From NCBI GenBank assembly GCA_965231135.1, contig OZ246419.1, forward strand, positions 257,488-321,487: a DNA stretch of 64,000 nt, given 5' to 3'. Below, piece after piece: positions 18,620 through 28,615 of the stretch. A program made the translations under genes and the position numbers. This stretch comes from an uncultured Gammaproteobacteria bacterium. GTDB lineage: Bacteria; Patescibacteriota; Microgenomatia; UBA8517. The notes beneath the pieces were generated by a model. It searched no databases, was not told the DNA's origin, and saw nothing but the letters and a program-made list of their open reading frames with translations. How positions within the stretch are numbered: the stretch's first letter is position 1; each line of letters opens with the position of its first letter.

Positions 18620-19066
18620 ATGAAAGATTTTGAATTAGCCGACCAAAATGGAGAAATCCATAAATTATCTGATTATAAAGGCAAATGGGTTGTTCTTTAT
18701 TTTTATCCAAAAGATGATACTCCTGGATGCACTAAAGAAGCATGTAGCTTTCGCGATAGTTTTCGTGAAATTCAGAAAATGGGAGTACAGATATTGGGAA
18801 TTTCAAAAGACAGCGTAAAATCTCATAAGAAATTTGCTGAAAAATATAATTTAAATTTTCCAATTTTGAGTGATGAAAGTTTAAGTGTTATTAAAGCATA
18901 TGATGCCTGGGGAGAAAAGAAATTTTTGGGAAAAACTTATGAAGGAATTTTTAGAATTACTTATTTGATTAATCCAAAAGGAGAGATTTATAAGAAATAT
19001 GAAAAAGTAAATCCTTTGACACATGCAAGTGAAATAATTCGCGATCTTAAATCAGTAATTGTTTAA
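18620..19066 (+). CDS. bcp: Peroxiredoxin Bcp (thiol peroxidase)
   Basis: PGCTKEACSFRD peroxidatic-Cys motif. Confidence 0.85.
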   Translation: MKDFELADQNGEIHKLSDYKGKWVVLYFYPKDDTPGCTKEACSFRDSFREIQKMGVQILGISKDSVKSHKKFAEKYNLNFPILSDESLSVIKAYDAWGEKKFLGKTYEGIFRITYLINPKGEIYKKYEKVNPLTHASEIIRDLKSVIV

Positions 19067-19214
19067 AGTTTGTAGCTGCCTTGCGACATCTTTTAAAATA
19101 ATAATTGTTAAAACAATACAAATAACTCCAATAATTTTATGAGTTTTAGTTTTTTCTTTAATAAAGTAAGAGTTGTTTTTGCCAAGTTGTTTCAAGCGGT
19201 TTTGGTCTTATACT

Positions 19215-19250
19215 CGCCCCACAGTTGAAACAAAAATAATCTGTGGGGCG
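19215..19250. terminator. GC-rich hairpin (10-bp stem CGCCCCACAG/CTGTGGGGCG, 16-nt loop) in a convergent intergenic region
   Basis: Read from the sequence. No classical U-tract. An alternative pairing of loop sequence with 19186-19194 is possible. Confidence 0.35.
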
Positions 19251-19304
19251 TACCGCCACATGACATTTTGGGCAGATACTTTCCATAAAAACATTTTATA
19301 ACAT

Positions 19305-19751
19305 TTATGGAGTAGGTGTTGGTGTTGGGCTTACTAACGGTTTTGTTCCTTTAAAATGCCCTCGCCACATTCTGAATCCTCCAAAACCAATTGTTTTTGG
19401 ATCAATGTTTTGGCTTTTAAGCCAAGCTTGAAAATCAGACGGTTTTGGTTTGTTTGCTAATTCATTTAAAATTGCAGTTTCCTCATTACTGGTAATTTTG
19501 CCAGCTGAAACTAATTTATCTAATCTTCCCTTTAGCATGTTTTGCTTTTGAGTTTGCATATAAGAATTAATTTCATCTTGTACATCAGTTTGATTTAAAT
19601 TAAATTTTTGGGCAATTGCCTGGGCGAGACCGGAAAAGGGATTAGTGGTTTGTGCGTTTACATTTGGCACCCCCAAAACTGTTAATCCAACAATTCCAGT
19701 TGCCCCGACAAGAACGATCGGTAGTATTAATTTTTTATTCGTATTAATCAC
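19305..19751 (-). CDS. Secreted hypothetical protein with a PT-rich C-terminus
   Basis: Signal peptide ending VNAQT. Confidence 0.45.
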   Translation of the reverse strand: MINTNKKLILPIVLVGATGIVGLTVLGVPNVNAQTTNPFSGLAQAIAQKFNLNQTDVQDEINSYMQTQKQNMLKGRLDKLVSAGKITSNEETAILNELANKPKPSDFQAWLKSQNIDPKTIGFGGFRMWRGHFKGTKPLVSPTPTPTP

Positions 19752-19791
19752 CTCTTTTCTTTATATATGTATAATAAAATAACAGTCTGAA

Positions 19792-20823
19792 ATGATGCTT
19801 AAACGAATTGGTTTTATTGTTTTGATAGTTCTTTTTTTAGTGCTTGCTGTTTTTTTATATGCTACAAAAAACCAGAAAACAATTCCTGAAGTTGTTAATA
19901 ATATAGTACAACCCACTCCAAGCAACATATTACAAATTGCACATATGAGAGATCAAAATTACCCAGGAAGCTCGATTACTATTTCACAAACTTTATCAGC
20001 CGGAAGTAATTACAAAAGATATATTGCATATTATTACAGTGATAATTTAAAGATTTATGGACTTTTAACTGTTCCAAATTCTACAAAACCAATCGGAGGA
20101 TTTCCGGCAATTATTTTTAATCATGGATATATTACTCCGCAACTTTATACACCAGACGGGAATTATGTTGCTTATGTTGATGCTTTAACAAAAGCTGGAT
20201 ATGTTGTCTTTAAACCGGATTATCGGGGAAACGGAAAATCGCAAGGCGATTATGGCAGCGAGTATTTTTCCAGGAATTATGATATTGACGATCTTAATGC
20301 TATCGCGAGTATAGAAAAGTTTGATGAAGTCAATCCCGGAAAAATTGGAATTTGGGGGCATTCTATGGGAGGGCACATTACACTTATGGACTTAGAAATA
20401 GCTAAAAATATTAAGGCTGCTGTTATTTGGGGAGGAGTTGTGGGGAGTTATAATGATATTTTGTATAACTGGCAAAATAGAGTTAGTTATCAACCGGATG
20501 CGGAGGATTTACGGCTTCGAAATCAAGGGTCGGAGGATTTGGTAAATATGTATGGGACTCCAACACAAAATCCAAGCTTTTGGAATTCAATTGACCCAAC
20601 TACGAATTTAAATTATATAAATACCCCCTTACAAATTCATGTTGGAGCAGCCGATAATCAAGTCCCTCCAGACTTTGGTGAGAATTTATACAATGATTTA
20701 AAAAGTTTGGGAAAAACTACGGAATTTTATTCATATCCGGGAGCAAATCATGATATTTCATCTCCGAGCTTTGAAACTGCAATGGCGAGAACCATTAGCT
20801 TTTTTGATAAATATTTGAAATAA
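19792..20823 (+). CDS. Alpha/beta-hydrolase (S9 peptidase/esterase-like), membrane anchored
   Basis: GHSMGG nucleophile elbow. DYRGNGKSQG. Confidence 0.7.
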   Translation: MMLKRIGFIVLIVLFLVLAVFLYATKNQKTIPEVVNNIVQPTPSNILQIAHMRDQNYPGSSITISQTLSAGSNYKRYIAYYYSDNLKIYGLLTVPNSTKPIGGFPAIIFNHGYITPQLYTPDGNYVAYVDALTKAGYVVFKPDYRGNGKSQGDYGSEYFSRNYDIDDLNAIASIEKFDEVNPGKIGIWGHSMGGHITLMDLEIAKNIKAAVIWGGVVGSYNDILYNWQNRVSYQPDAEDLRLRNQGSEDLVNMYGTPTQNPSFWNSIDPTTNLNYINTPLQIHVGAADNQVPPDFGENLYNDLKSLGKTTEFYSYPGANHDISSPSFETAMARTISFFDKYLK

Positions 20824-20836
20824 TACTTTATATCTT

Positions 20837-21058
20837 ATGAACAAATTATTAATGTTTGGGGGAATTGTTTTGGGAGTTTTGTTTATTTTAATTTCGATTT
20901 TATATTTTATAACTCCTGCGAATCATTTGCCGCATTTTATTCCTGGATATTCGGCTTTATTAACGAGACATCATTTTACTCACGGAATTGGAAGTTTGTT
21001 TTTGGGGCTTCTTTGTTTTGCATTTGCCTGGTTTAGTGGAAAACCAAAGACAAAATAA
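20837..21058 (+). CDS. Small membrane protein (73 aa)
   Basis: Two hydrophobic helices. Confidence 0.4.
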   Translation: MNKLLMFGGIVLGVLFILISILYFITPANHLPHFIPGYSALLTRHHFTHGIGSLFLGLLCFAFAWFSGKPKTK

Positions 21059-21848
21059 CTCCAACGATAACACAATAAATTCCAAACGGCCAAAGCTTTT
21101 GTGTCTCAAAATATTTGGTTAGAAATTTTACTGAAAGGAATGCGCAAAGGCCTGCGAAAAATGCTCCAACTAAGCTTATGGGCAAATTGATTGATGCGAT
21201 GTCTGGAAGTTTTACTAGAGTTGCCCCTGCAATTATTGGTGTTGCAAGTAAAAATGAAAACCTAGCTGCGTCTTCATGATCAAGACCTGCTATAAGCCCT
21301 CCTGTCATTGTTGAGCCAGTTCTTGAAAAACCAGGAATTAAGGCAAGGCATTGCATAGCTCCGACAAAAATACCTTTTCCCCAGGTTAGTTTTGCAGGAA
21401 TTTGATGAACTTTTCTTTGTAAATAATCTCCAAGAAGAAGCATGAGACCGTTTAAAATTAAAACTATTGAAACTATTGCTGGAGCTGCAAATAAATTTTT
21501 TAAAGTATCCTGAAATAAGATACCTAAAATTCCTGCGGGAACGGTTGCAACAATTAAAAGCCATGCCATTTTAGCGTCTTTGTCGTCATCTCTAATCTCT
21601 CGGCGAGATAAACTTCTTAAAAACCCTTGAATTATTTTTAACCAGTCTTTCCAAAAAAATAAAAATAAAACGATAGCTGTTGCGGTATGGATTGCGACCA
21701 GAAAAGTTAAAAAATATGAATCGTTTTGGTTAATATTCCATCCTAAAAGTTTGGGTAATACAACGCTATGACCGAGACTTGAAATGGGGAAAAGCTCTGT
21801 GATTCCTTGCAAACTTCCTAAAATAATTGCTTGAAAAATATTTATCAT
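21033..21848 (-). CDS. uppP: Undecaprenyl-diphosphate phosphatase
   Basis: GITELFPISSLGHSVV motif. Polytopic. Confidence 0.85.
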   Translation of the reverse strand: MINIFQAIILGSLQGITELFPISSLGHSVVLPKLLGWNINQNDSYFLTFLVAIHTATAIVLFLFFWKDWLKIIQGFLRSLSRREIRDDDKDAKMAWLLIVATVPAGILGILFQDTLKNLFAAPAIVSIVLILNGLMLLLGDYLQRKVHQIPAKLTWGKGIFVGAMQCLALIPGFSRTGSTMTGGLIAGLDHEDAARFSFLLATPIIAGATLVKLPDIASINLPISLVGAFFAGLCAFLSVKFLTKYFETQKLWPFGIYCVIVGVILSLVFH

Positions 21849-22387
21849 TATTTAAAGATATCATTATATAGAGATGATAATTCTTTTAAAGACCTTTCGG
21901 TCGGCCAATTAATAAAGCTATCGCCATATTCTCGTATAATAATTGGTATTGATAAGTGATAAAGACTATCCATTAATTGAGGTCTTCTTGGTAAGTTGTT
22001 TGTTTTTATATGTTTGTCTATCATCCAGGATAAAATTCCATAATAAGCTGCCTCTTTTAGAATAAATGAATTTGTATCAATCGGAATATGTTTATCAGGA
22101 AATGCTGTGAATGTTCTTGCTAATTCTAAAACATTAGCTGATTTTTCTAACTCCTGCTTAATAATATTTTGGGCAGCTGTCCAATTATTATCGCCAATTA
22201 ATCTTTTTGCTTTTTGATATTTACTTTCTATTTTAAATATTTTTCTAATTCTTGATTCATCTATATTATCTAAATGGTCTAATGTCTGATTTGTAGCTTC
22301 TTGTAGACTTGTGAACTCTAAAACTGGTTCGTTTCTTTCTGCCGACATATGTTTAACTATTGTATAATTTAAGGGTGAAAATTTCAA
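21848..22387 (-). CDS. Hypothetical protein
   Basis: Open frame within the operon. Confidence 0.4.
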   Translation of the reverse strand: MKFSPLNYTIVKHMSAERNEPVLEFTSLQEATNQTLDHLDNIDESRIRKIFKIESKYQKAKRLIGDNNWTAAQNIIKQELEKSANVLELARTFTAFPDKHIPIDTNSFILKEAAYYGILSWMIDKHIKTNNLPRRPQLMDSLYHLSIPIIIREYGDSFINWPTERSLKELSSLYNDIFK

Positions 22388-22439
22388 AAGTTTTGAGTTG
22401 CTGAAGTTGGACTTTTTATTTTAATTACTGCTTTGGAAT

Positions 22440-22832
22440 TTATTTTTCCTCAGAAAAAGAAGTAGGAATTTTCTTAACTATTTTTTTTGAAACAGCGCCT
22501 GCAAATAGTCTTATTGCTGGTCTATTTTCTTTTTCATAAATTATTTGAACACCTAAAATTTGTTTGCAACTTGGACAAATTAACTCTTTTAAATTTAAAT
22601 TAATATTCTGATCATTGATAGTTCTGTCTAAATACATTCTTTTTAAAATTCCTGGTCCGTCTTTTTGATAATAAGCTATATGTTTATTACATCTGGAACA
22701 GTAAATATCTAAAAGTTTTGAATTGCCTCCTCTGATTTTTTGATATCTATCCTTTTTAAATTTGAAAGACATAGATTGAAGTATATCAATTTTGTGGAGA
22801 CTGGAGCGAGCAGAGCTCCTCCAAATCTCCAC
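22440..22832 (-). CDS. Zinc-ribbon hypothetical protein (CSRC...CPSC)
   Basis: Four Cys in two CxxC pairs. The true start may be the internal MSFKFKK. Confidence 0.4.
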   Translation of the reverse strand: MEIWRSSARSSLHKIDILQSMSFKFKKDRYQKIRGGNSKLLDIYCSRCNKHIAYYQKDGPGILKRMYLDRTINDQNINLNLKELICPSCKQILGVQIIYEKENRPAIRLFAGAVSKKIVKKIPTSFSEEK

Positions 22833-22841
22833 TTGTAAAAT

Positions 22842-23336
22842 TTAGTATCCTGCTGGACTTGCTGCTGGTGTGCCTGATGGACGAGGTCCGCCAAACATTC
22901 CCGCGTTTCCAATTTGAACATTAGTTGCTGTAACTGAACCGTCTGAATTGGTTGTACCAAAAATGGTAACTTCCTGGCCAGTTGTTAAGTCAGCTGCAGT
23001 TCCTGCTGTTGTTTTTGCAATCATTGCAGAACTTCCAAGAATGATAATTTTTGTACTACCGTCGCTTAATTTGACTGTAATACTATTATTATCTGCACTT
23101 ATGATTTGACCGCGTACTGCCATACCATTTGCTCCGCCATTTGCACTTCCAAACCTTCGGGTTGCGCCGTTTCCTTCGGCTCCGCCGCCGAAATTAGCTG
23201 CAAATTGACTTCTTGCTGTAGTTGCTTTACTTTCCTGATATTTCATACCGCCGAAAAAACCTGCTGCTCCTCCAATTACTAAAGCTATTACTCCAACAAT
23301 TATTAAATTTTTATTTTTCATAATTATCACCCCCAT
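22842..23336 (-). CDS. Secreted Gly-rich beta-rich protein. Last gene of the efflux operon.
   Basis: TM anchor. FGGG-rich linker. Confidence 0.5.
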   Translation of the reverse strand: MGVIIMKNKNLIIVGVIALVIGGAAGFFGGMKYQESKATTARSQFAANFGGGAEGNGATRRFGSANGGANGMAVRGQIISADNNSITVKLSDGSTKIIILGSSAMIAKTTAGTAADLTTGQEVTIFGTTNSDGSVTATNVQIGNAGMFGGPRPSGTPAASPAGY

Positions 23337-23359
23337 TCGACTACGCTCAGGGCTGTAGT

Positions 23360-24592
23360 CTATTCGTATCTTAAGGCTTCGATTGGTTGCAGAGACGCTG
23401 CACGGCGCGCTGGATACCAGCCAAACAAAACGCCAATGCAGGCTGAAACTGCAAAAGCAATAAGAATCGAAGGAAGAGAAATGAAAAAGACAGAATTGTT
23501 TATTTTTGAATAGAGAAAAGATGCCATTACTCCAAGAACTATTCCTAAACTTCCGCCTGTGAAAGTTAAAATAATTGATTCAATTAGGAATTGTTGGATA
23601 ATAATAGATTTTTTGGCGCCGAGAGCTTTTCTTAAACCAATTTCTCGAGTTCTTTCAGTTACTGTTACTAACATGATATTCATAATTCCAATTCCACCAA
23701 CAATTAATGAAATTGCTGCGATACCGGCAAGAAGAGTGGTGAATGTACTTGTAGCTGCTGTAGCTGTTCCTAAAATATCTGCTTGTGACAAAATTGTAAA
23801 ATCTGCTTTTGTTGGATCATCAATTTTATGGCGAGTAAGCAATAAATAACCAACTTCATTTTCCGCAGCTGTCATGACATCGCTTGATTTTGCCTGAAGA
23901 GAAATGGCGCTTAAATAATTTTCGCCGAAAATTTCTTTTTGGGCAACTGAAAGGGGAATATAAATTACATCATCCTGATTATTAAAACCTGTTCCACCTT
24001 TACTTACTGTTTCACCTGTAATGGTAAAAATCTGGCCTTTGATTCTTATTTTTTGGCCAACTGGATCGCTGCCATCTGTAAAAATGTTGCTTGCAGCAGT
24101 TGGGCCGATAACTGCATCTTTACTTTGATTTGAAACTTCGTCTGAAGAAATAAAATTTCCTTCCTGAATTTGAATATTATGAACTCCTGCATATGTATCT
24201 GTCACTCCAATTATTTGAGTGTTGCTATTGTTTCCAGCTGTTGAAACTTGTGACCTTCCTGATAATTCTGGAGAAACTGTCTGTACATCTAAGACTGTTG
24301 GATCTGTTGCAATTGCAGTTGCATCATCGTTTGTTAGAGTGGTACTTCCGCCTGCAGCTCCACGGACAAAACCAGTTGTTGCTGCTCCTGGCTGGACTGT
24401 AAGCAAATTAGCTCCAAGAGATTGGATTTGAGACTGAATTGCTTCCTGAGAAGCCTGACCCAAAGAAACTAATGCAATAACAGAACCAATGCCAATAACA
24501 ATTCCAAGCATAGCAAGACCTGTTCGGAGTTTATTTATAAATAGTGTGCCGATTGCTTCTTCTATAAGTTTAAATTGGAAATTGTTTTTCAT
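23360..24592 (-). CDS. ABC transporter permease, MacB/FtsX-like
   Basis: N-terminal TM helix, large extracytoplasmic domain, C-terminal three-TM FtsX domain. Confidence 0.85.
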   Translation of the reverse strand: MKNNFQFKLIEEAIGTLFINKLRTGLAMLGIVIGIGSVIALVSLGQASQEAIQSQIQSLGANLLTVQPGAATTGFVRGAAGGSTTLTNDDATAIATDPTVLDVQTVSPELSGRSQVSTAGNNSNTQIIGVTDTYAGVHNIQIQEGNFISSDEVSNQSKDAVIGPTAASNIFTDGSDPVGQKIRIKGQIFTITGETVSKGGTGFNNQDDVIYIPLSVAQKEIFGENYLSAISLQAKSSDVMTAAENEVGYLLLTRHKIDDPTKADFTILSQADILGTATAATSTFTTLLAGIAAISLIVGGIGIMNIMLVTVTERTREIGLRKALGAKKSIIIQQFLIESIILTFTGGSLGIVLGVMASFLYSKINNSVFFISLPSILIAFAVSACIGVLFGWYPARRAASLQPIEALRYE

Positions 24593-24594
24593 AT

Positions 24595-25329
24595 TTATAT
24601 GCTATCGTTTTCTACTTTTAATTTGGCTATTTTTTGTTTTGCATTTTTCTTATCTGAAATTAATTTTCCGTCTTTAATCATGATTACCCTTTTGGCATGT
24701 TCTGCAATATCGGGCTCGTGAGTAATCATGACGACTGTGTGACCTTCATTATTTAATTTTTGGAAAATTGCCATAACTTCTTCTGCCTGATTACTTGCAA
24801 TGTTTCCAGTTGGCTCATCTGCAAGAAGAATTGCAGGATTATTTACAAGAGAACGAGCAATTGCGACACGCTGCATTTGACCGCCCGATAATTGATTACT
24901 TGTATGACTAAGCCTATTTCCAAGACCAACAAGAGTAAGATATTTTGCTGCAATTTCTTTTGCTTTTTCATCTTCGACGCCAGCATAAAACATTGGCAAC
25001 ATTACATTTTGTAAAGTAGTGCGCCTTGGAAGTAAATTGAAGGCCTGGAAAATAAAACCAATTTTGCGGTTTCGAATGCTTGCCAATTCGTCATCTGTTA
25101 ATTTACTTACTTCTTCGCCATCGAGGATATAGCTTCCTGATGTCGGAGTATCAAGCGCTCCAATAATATGCATTAATGTTGATTTTCCAGAACCTGAAGG
25201 ACCCATGATAGCGACAAATTCTCCTTTTTGAATGTCAAAGGAAATATTGTCTAAAGCGACAGTTTCCACTACCCCTGTGTTGTAGATTTTTGAAATTTTG
25301 GAGAGATGAATGATCGGAGATGTTGCCAT
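24595..25329 (-). CDS. ABC transporter ATP-binding protein (MacB/LolD type)
   Basis: Walker A (GPSGSGKST). LSGGQMQRVAIAR signature. Walker B (LLADEPTG). Confidence 0.9.
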   Translation of the reverse strand: MATSPIIHLSKISKIYNTGVVETVALDNISFDIQKGEFVAIMGPSGSGKSTLMHIIGALDTPTSGSYILDGEEVSKLTDDELASIRNRKIGFIFQAFNLLPRRTTLQNVMLPMFYAGVEDEKAKEIAAKYLTLVGLGNRLSHTSNQLSGGQMQRVAIARSLVNNPAILLADEPTGNIASNQAEEVMAIFQKLNNEGHTVVMITHEPDIAEHAKRVIMIKDGKLISDKKNAKQKIAKLKVENDSI

Positions 25330-26613
25330 TTAACCTCCTCTCGTGAAGACTCTGACATTGCCGCCTCCAGCCGCTCCGCCAAATCCTCCTACACCACCCC
25401 TGTTGCCGCTAAATGGAGAAGTTGTGTTTCCTGTACTTGTACTTGCAGATGGATTGATGATAGCTGTGACAACTGTGTCGCCTTCGTTTACTCCGCTATC
25501 AATTTCAGTATCAGTGTCGGAAGCTTCGCCAATTGTTATTGGTACAAAGTCGAGTTGACCGTTTTTAAGTTCCCTGACAACTTTATTTCCTCCTTGAGTT
25601 GTTATTGCAGAAGTTGGAACTGTAATTACATTATCTTTAATATCTGTGATAATACTTGCCTCAACTGTCATGTTTGGCAAGATTGAATCTGATCCGCTAT
25701 CAAATTGGATAGTTGCAGGATAATTTGTAACCCCAGAGCTTGTTGTTCCTAATTTATTAATGCCGGCAACAACTCCTGTAAAAGTCTGGTTTGCAATTGA
25801 ATCAAAAGTTAAAGTTACTTTTTGGCCTGCCTTCACTTTATCAACGTCAGCTTCTGCTATTGAGACAGTAGCGACAGGATTTCCTGGAGTTTCAACTGAT
25901 GCAACAGTTACCGAACTTGTGGAATTTCCTGAACTACTTGTGGTTGTAGAATTGGTAATTGCCATTCCCGGAACAACTGTAATATTTTGAATAGTTCCTG
26001 AGACTGGAGCAACAATTGTGGAAGATGCTTGTTGATAAGCAATACTTGCATTAGTTAAATTTGCTTGGGCAGAACTAATTGAATTTTGGGCGTTATTAAA
26101 ATTGCTTTGGGCGGCAAGCCATGCATCATTTTCCTGAATATATGTTGGATCAGTTGTTGCAAGTCCTCTTGCGACTGCATCGTTTATAAATTTTTGATTT
26201 GCGCTAAATTCAGATGCTTGTAGTGTGTAGTAACTTGCGTTTGCTGAAGTTACACTATTTTGAGCTGATAAATAAGATGAGTAAGCTTGGGCTTCTCTTT
26301 GCTGGCCAGTTGCATCTAAAGTGATATTGAATAATTTTTGGCCTTTTGTAACCTGATCTCCTTCTTTTACATAAACTTTATTTACCTGGCCGTTTGCGGT
26401 TGATGTGACATCGATATTATTGGTTGCAACAATTGTTCCTGAAGCTGTGACGCTTGAGATTAGCGTACCTCGAGTTGCTGTTGCTGTTTCATAAGTAACT
26501 TTATTTGCGCCGCTTCGCGAGCGTGTGAACACGAAAACTGCAATTATGATTAAAGCAAGAACAACAGCAATGCGCTTGTGAGAAAGAATCACGTTTTTGA
26601 TGCGATTTATCAT
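25330..26613 (-). CDS. HlyD/MacA-family periplasmic adaptor with a Gly-rich C-terminal tail
   Basis: TM anchor, lipoyl/barrel region, Q/A/S-rich coiled coil. Confidence 0.8.
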   Translation of the reverse strand: MINRIKNVILSHKRIAVVLALIIIAVFVFTRSRSGANKVTYETATATRGTLISSVTASGTIVATNNIDVTSTANGQVNKVYVKEGDQVTKGQKLFNITLDATGQQREAQAYSSYLSAQNSVTSANASYYTLQASEFSANQKFINDAVARGLATTDPTYIQENDAWLAAQSNFNNAQNSISSAQANLTNASIAYQQASSTIVAPVSGTIQNITVVPGMAITNSTTTSSSGNSTSSVTVASVETPGNPVATVSIAEADVDKVKAGQKVTLTFDSIANQTFTGVVAGINKLGTTSSGVTNYPATIQFDSGSDSILPNMTVEASIITDIKDNVITVPTSAITTQGGNKVVRELKNGQLDFVPITIGEASDTDTEIDSGVNEGDTVVTAIINPSASTSTGNTTSPFSGNRGGVGGFGGAAGGGNVRVFTRGG

Positions 26614-26676
26614 ATTTCAAGTATAGTATGAAATGGAATACTGAAGAGAGGCTGAATAGAGTTTGTGTTATAATAA

Positions 26677-27282
26677 ATGATGTTTAAGCTTCCTGAACTT
26701 CCATATGATTATAGCGCTTTAGAACCTTTTATTGACGAGGAAACAATGCATTTGCATCATGATAAGCATCACCAAGCATATGTTGATAATTTGAATAAAG
26801 CGCTTGAAGGAAAAGATGAATTTTTAAATATGGATGTAAAAGAATTATTAATAAAACTTGATCTGGTACCTGAGGATATTCGGACAAAAGTGCGAAATAA
26901 CGCAGGAGGACATGCAAACCATACGATGTTTTGGAAAACATTAATCCCAAATAAAGATTTTAAGAATATTGATGGAGAACTTAAAAAAGCAATTAATGAA
27001 AAGTATGGAAGTTTTGAAAAATTTCAGGAGGAATTTACAAATAAGGCTCTTGGGAGGTTTGGAAGCGGCTGGGTTTGGCTACTCACTGATTTATCAATAG
27101 TTGATACTCCAAATCAGGATTCGCCATTAATGGAAAGTGAGAGAGCGATTTTAGGCTTGGATGTTTGGGAACATGCATATTATTTGAAATATAAAAATGT
27201 TCGAGCTGATTATATAAAGGCTTGGTGGAATATTGTGAATTGGGAAAAAGTGTCGGAATATTTTAAGCAAAAGCCGCTTTGA
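26677..27282 (+). CDS. sodA: Fe/Mn superoxide dismutase
   Basis: HHDKHH and DVWEHAYY motifs. Confidence 0.9.
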   Translation: MMFKLPELPYDYSALEPFIDEETMHLHHDKHHQAYVDNLNKALEGKDEFLNMDVKELLIKLDLVPEDIRTKVRNNAGGHANHTMFWKTLIPNKDFKNIDGELKKAINEKYGSFEKFQEEFTNKALGRFGSGWVWLLTDLSIVDTPNQDSPLMESERAILGLDVWEHAYYLKYKNVRADYIKAWWNIVNWEKVSEYFKQKPL

Positions 27283-27928
27283 CTATGTCTTCTTGGCGAA
27301 GTGTTAAATGGGTTTGTTGATATAATCCTTTTATTGTTTTTTCTCTAAGTGGTTCTCCGATTTTCATTTCTGTTATTTTTTTATCTTTTTGTACTGCGCC
27401 TTGATGTTCGTAAAAACTTGTTCCGGTCTTTTGTTTTGTGGTGTCTCCTATGTATATTTCTTTAACATTATTCATTTCCATAACACCACATCCAATTGCC
27501 CACAATAGTGTTCCTAGATGTTTGCCTTGATATTGGTCTGAAATTTCAAATGCGTTTATGGGATTTGTTGATTTTAATTCTTTTATGCCTTTTGAAATTG
27601 GTGTGGGTAAGTTATCAAAATTATCTTGATCTATTCCTGAGTAAATTGAAAAAGTTGCTTGAGCTTCAGCTGGGTCGTCATAAAAAATACGAAAATCCGC
27701 ATGGCCAACTACCCCTTCTTGGTCAAATAGAATTATTGAATAATAGTTTCCAAAACCTTCTCGTTGTGGAGTTCTAATACATCCGATTAAAAATTCATTA
27801 TTTAAGTCTATTAGGTCCGTAGACTCTATCTTTCTATCTTTATGGATAAAATTAAATTTATTTTCTATACCGATAGTCTCGAAAGATGTTGTTGAAGAAT
27901 TGGATTCTCTTTTTGGTTCATTAGGCAC
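27263..27928 (-). CDS. GNAT-like acetyltransferase-fold protein (tentative)
   Basis: Motif-A-like QYQGKHLGTLLW. Confidence 0.35.
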   Translation of the reverse strand: MPNEPKRESNSSTTSFETIGIENKFNFIHKDRKIESTDLIDLNNEFLIGCIRTPQREGFGNYYSIILFDQEGVVGHADFRIFYDDPAEAQATFSIYSGIDQDNFDNLPTPISKGIKELKSTNPINAFEISDQYQGKHLGTLLWAIGCGVMEMNNVKEIYIGDTTKQKTGTSFYEHQGAVQKDKKITEMKIGEPLREKTIKGLYQQTHLTLRQEDIVKAAFA

Positions 27929-27943
27929 TATTTATTATACAAT

Positions 27944-28615
27944 ATGGTTATGATCTTACTGATTGATAAACCAAAGGGGTGGACGAGTTTTGATGTTGTT
28001 GCGAAAGTTCGTGGCATTCTTCATGAGAAAAAAGTGGGACATGCGGGGACGCTTGATCCAAATGCTACAGGACTTTTGATAGTTGCAACGGGAGCTGATA
28101 CTAAAAAAATAGGAGAGCTTACAAAAAACACAACTAAAACTTATGAAGCTGAAATAGTTTTGGGTAAAATTTCTTCTACAGATGATGTTGATGGTGAATT
28201 AACTCAATTCGCACAGCAAATTGTTGAGCCACAAGAACAGGAAGTCAAACAAATACTTAAAAATTTTGAAGGAGAGCAAATGCAAATGCCGCCAAAATAT
28301 TCTGCAATCCGAGTAAATGGCAAGAAAGCTTATGAGCTTGCAAGGCAGGGCGGAGATGTGAAATTAGAACCAAGAAAGGTTACTATATATAGTATTAAAT
28401 TACAGGATTACAAATATCCCGTACTTAAAATTACTTGTGAAGTTTCTGCTGGAACATATATACGAAGCATTGCAAGAGATTTAGGAGAAAAACTTAAAAC
28501 TGGAGCTTATCTTAATGAATTAAGGAGGACGCAAATTGGACAATATTCGGCCCAAAAAGCAATAAGCCTACAAGAACTGCAGCAAATGCAGACAAAAGAA
28601 CAGCTGCCGCACTAA
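27944..28615 (+). CDS. truB: tRNA pseudouridine(55) synthase
   Basis: GHAGTLDPNATGLLIVATG catalytic-Asp motif. Confidence 0.85.
   Translation: MVMILLIDKPKGWTSFDVVAKVRGILHEKKVGHAGTLDPNATGLLIVATGADTKKIGELTKNTTKTYEAEIVLGKISSTDDVDGELTQFAQQIVEPQEQEVKQILKNFEGEQMQMPPKYSAIRVNGKKAYELARQGGDVKLEPRKVTIYSIKLQDYKYPVLKITCEVSAGTYIRSIARDLGEKLKTGAYLNELRRTQIGQYSAQKAISLQELQQMQTKEQLPH

Noticed and set aside
24193-24677. Plus-strand ORFs inside the ABC permease and ATPase genes
   Set aside because: Antisense to confidently identified transporter genes.
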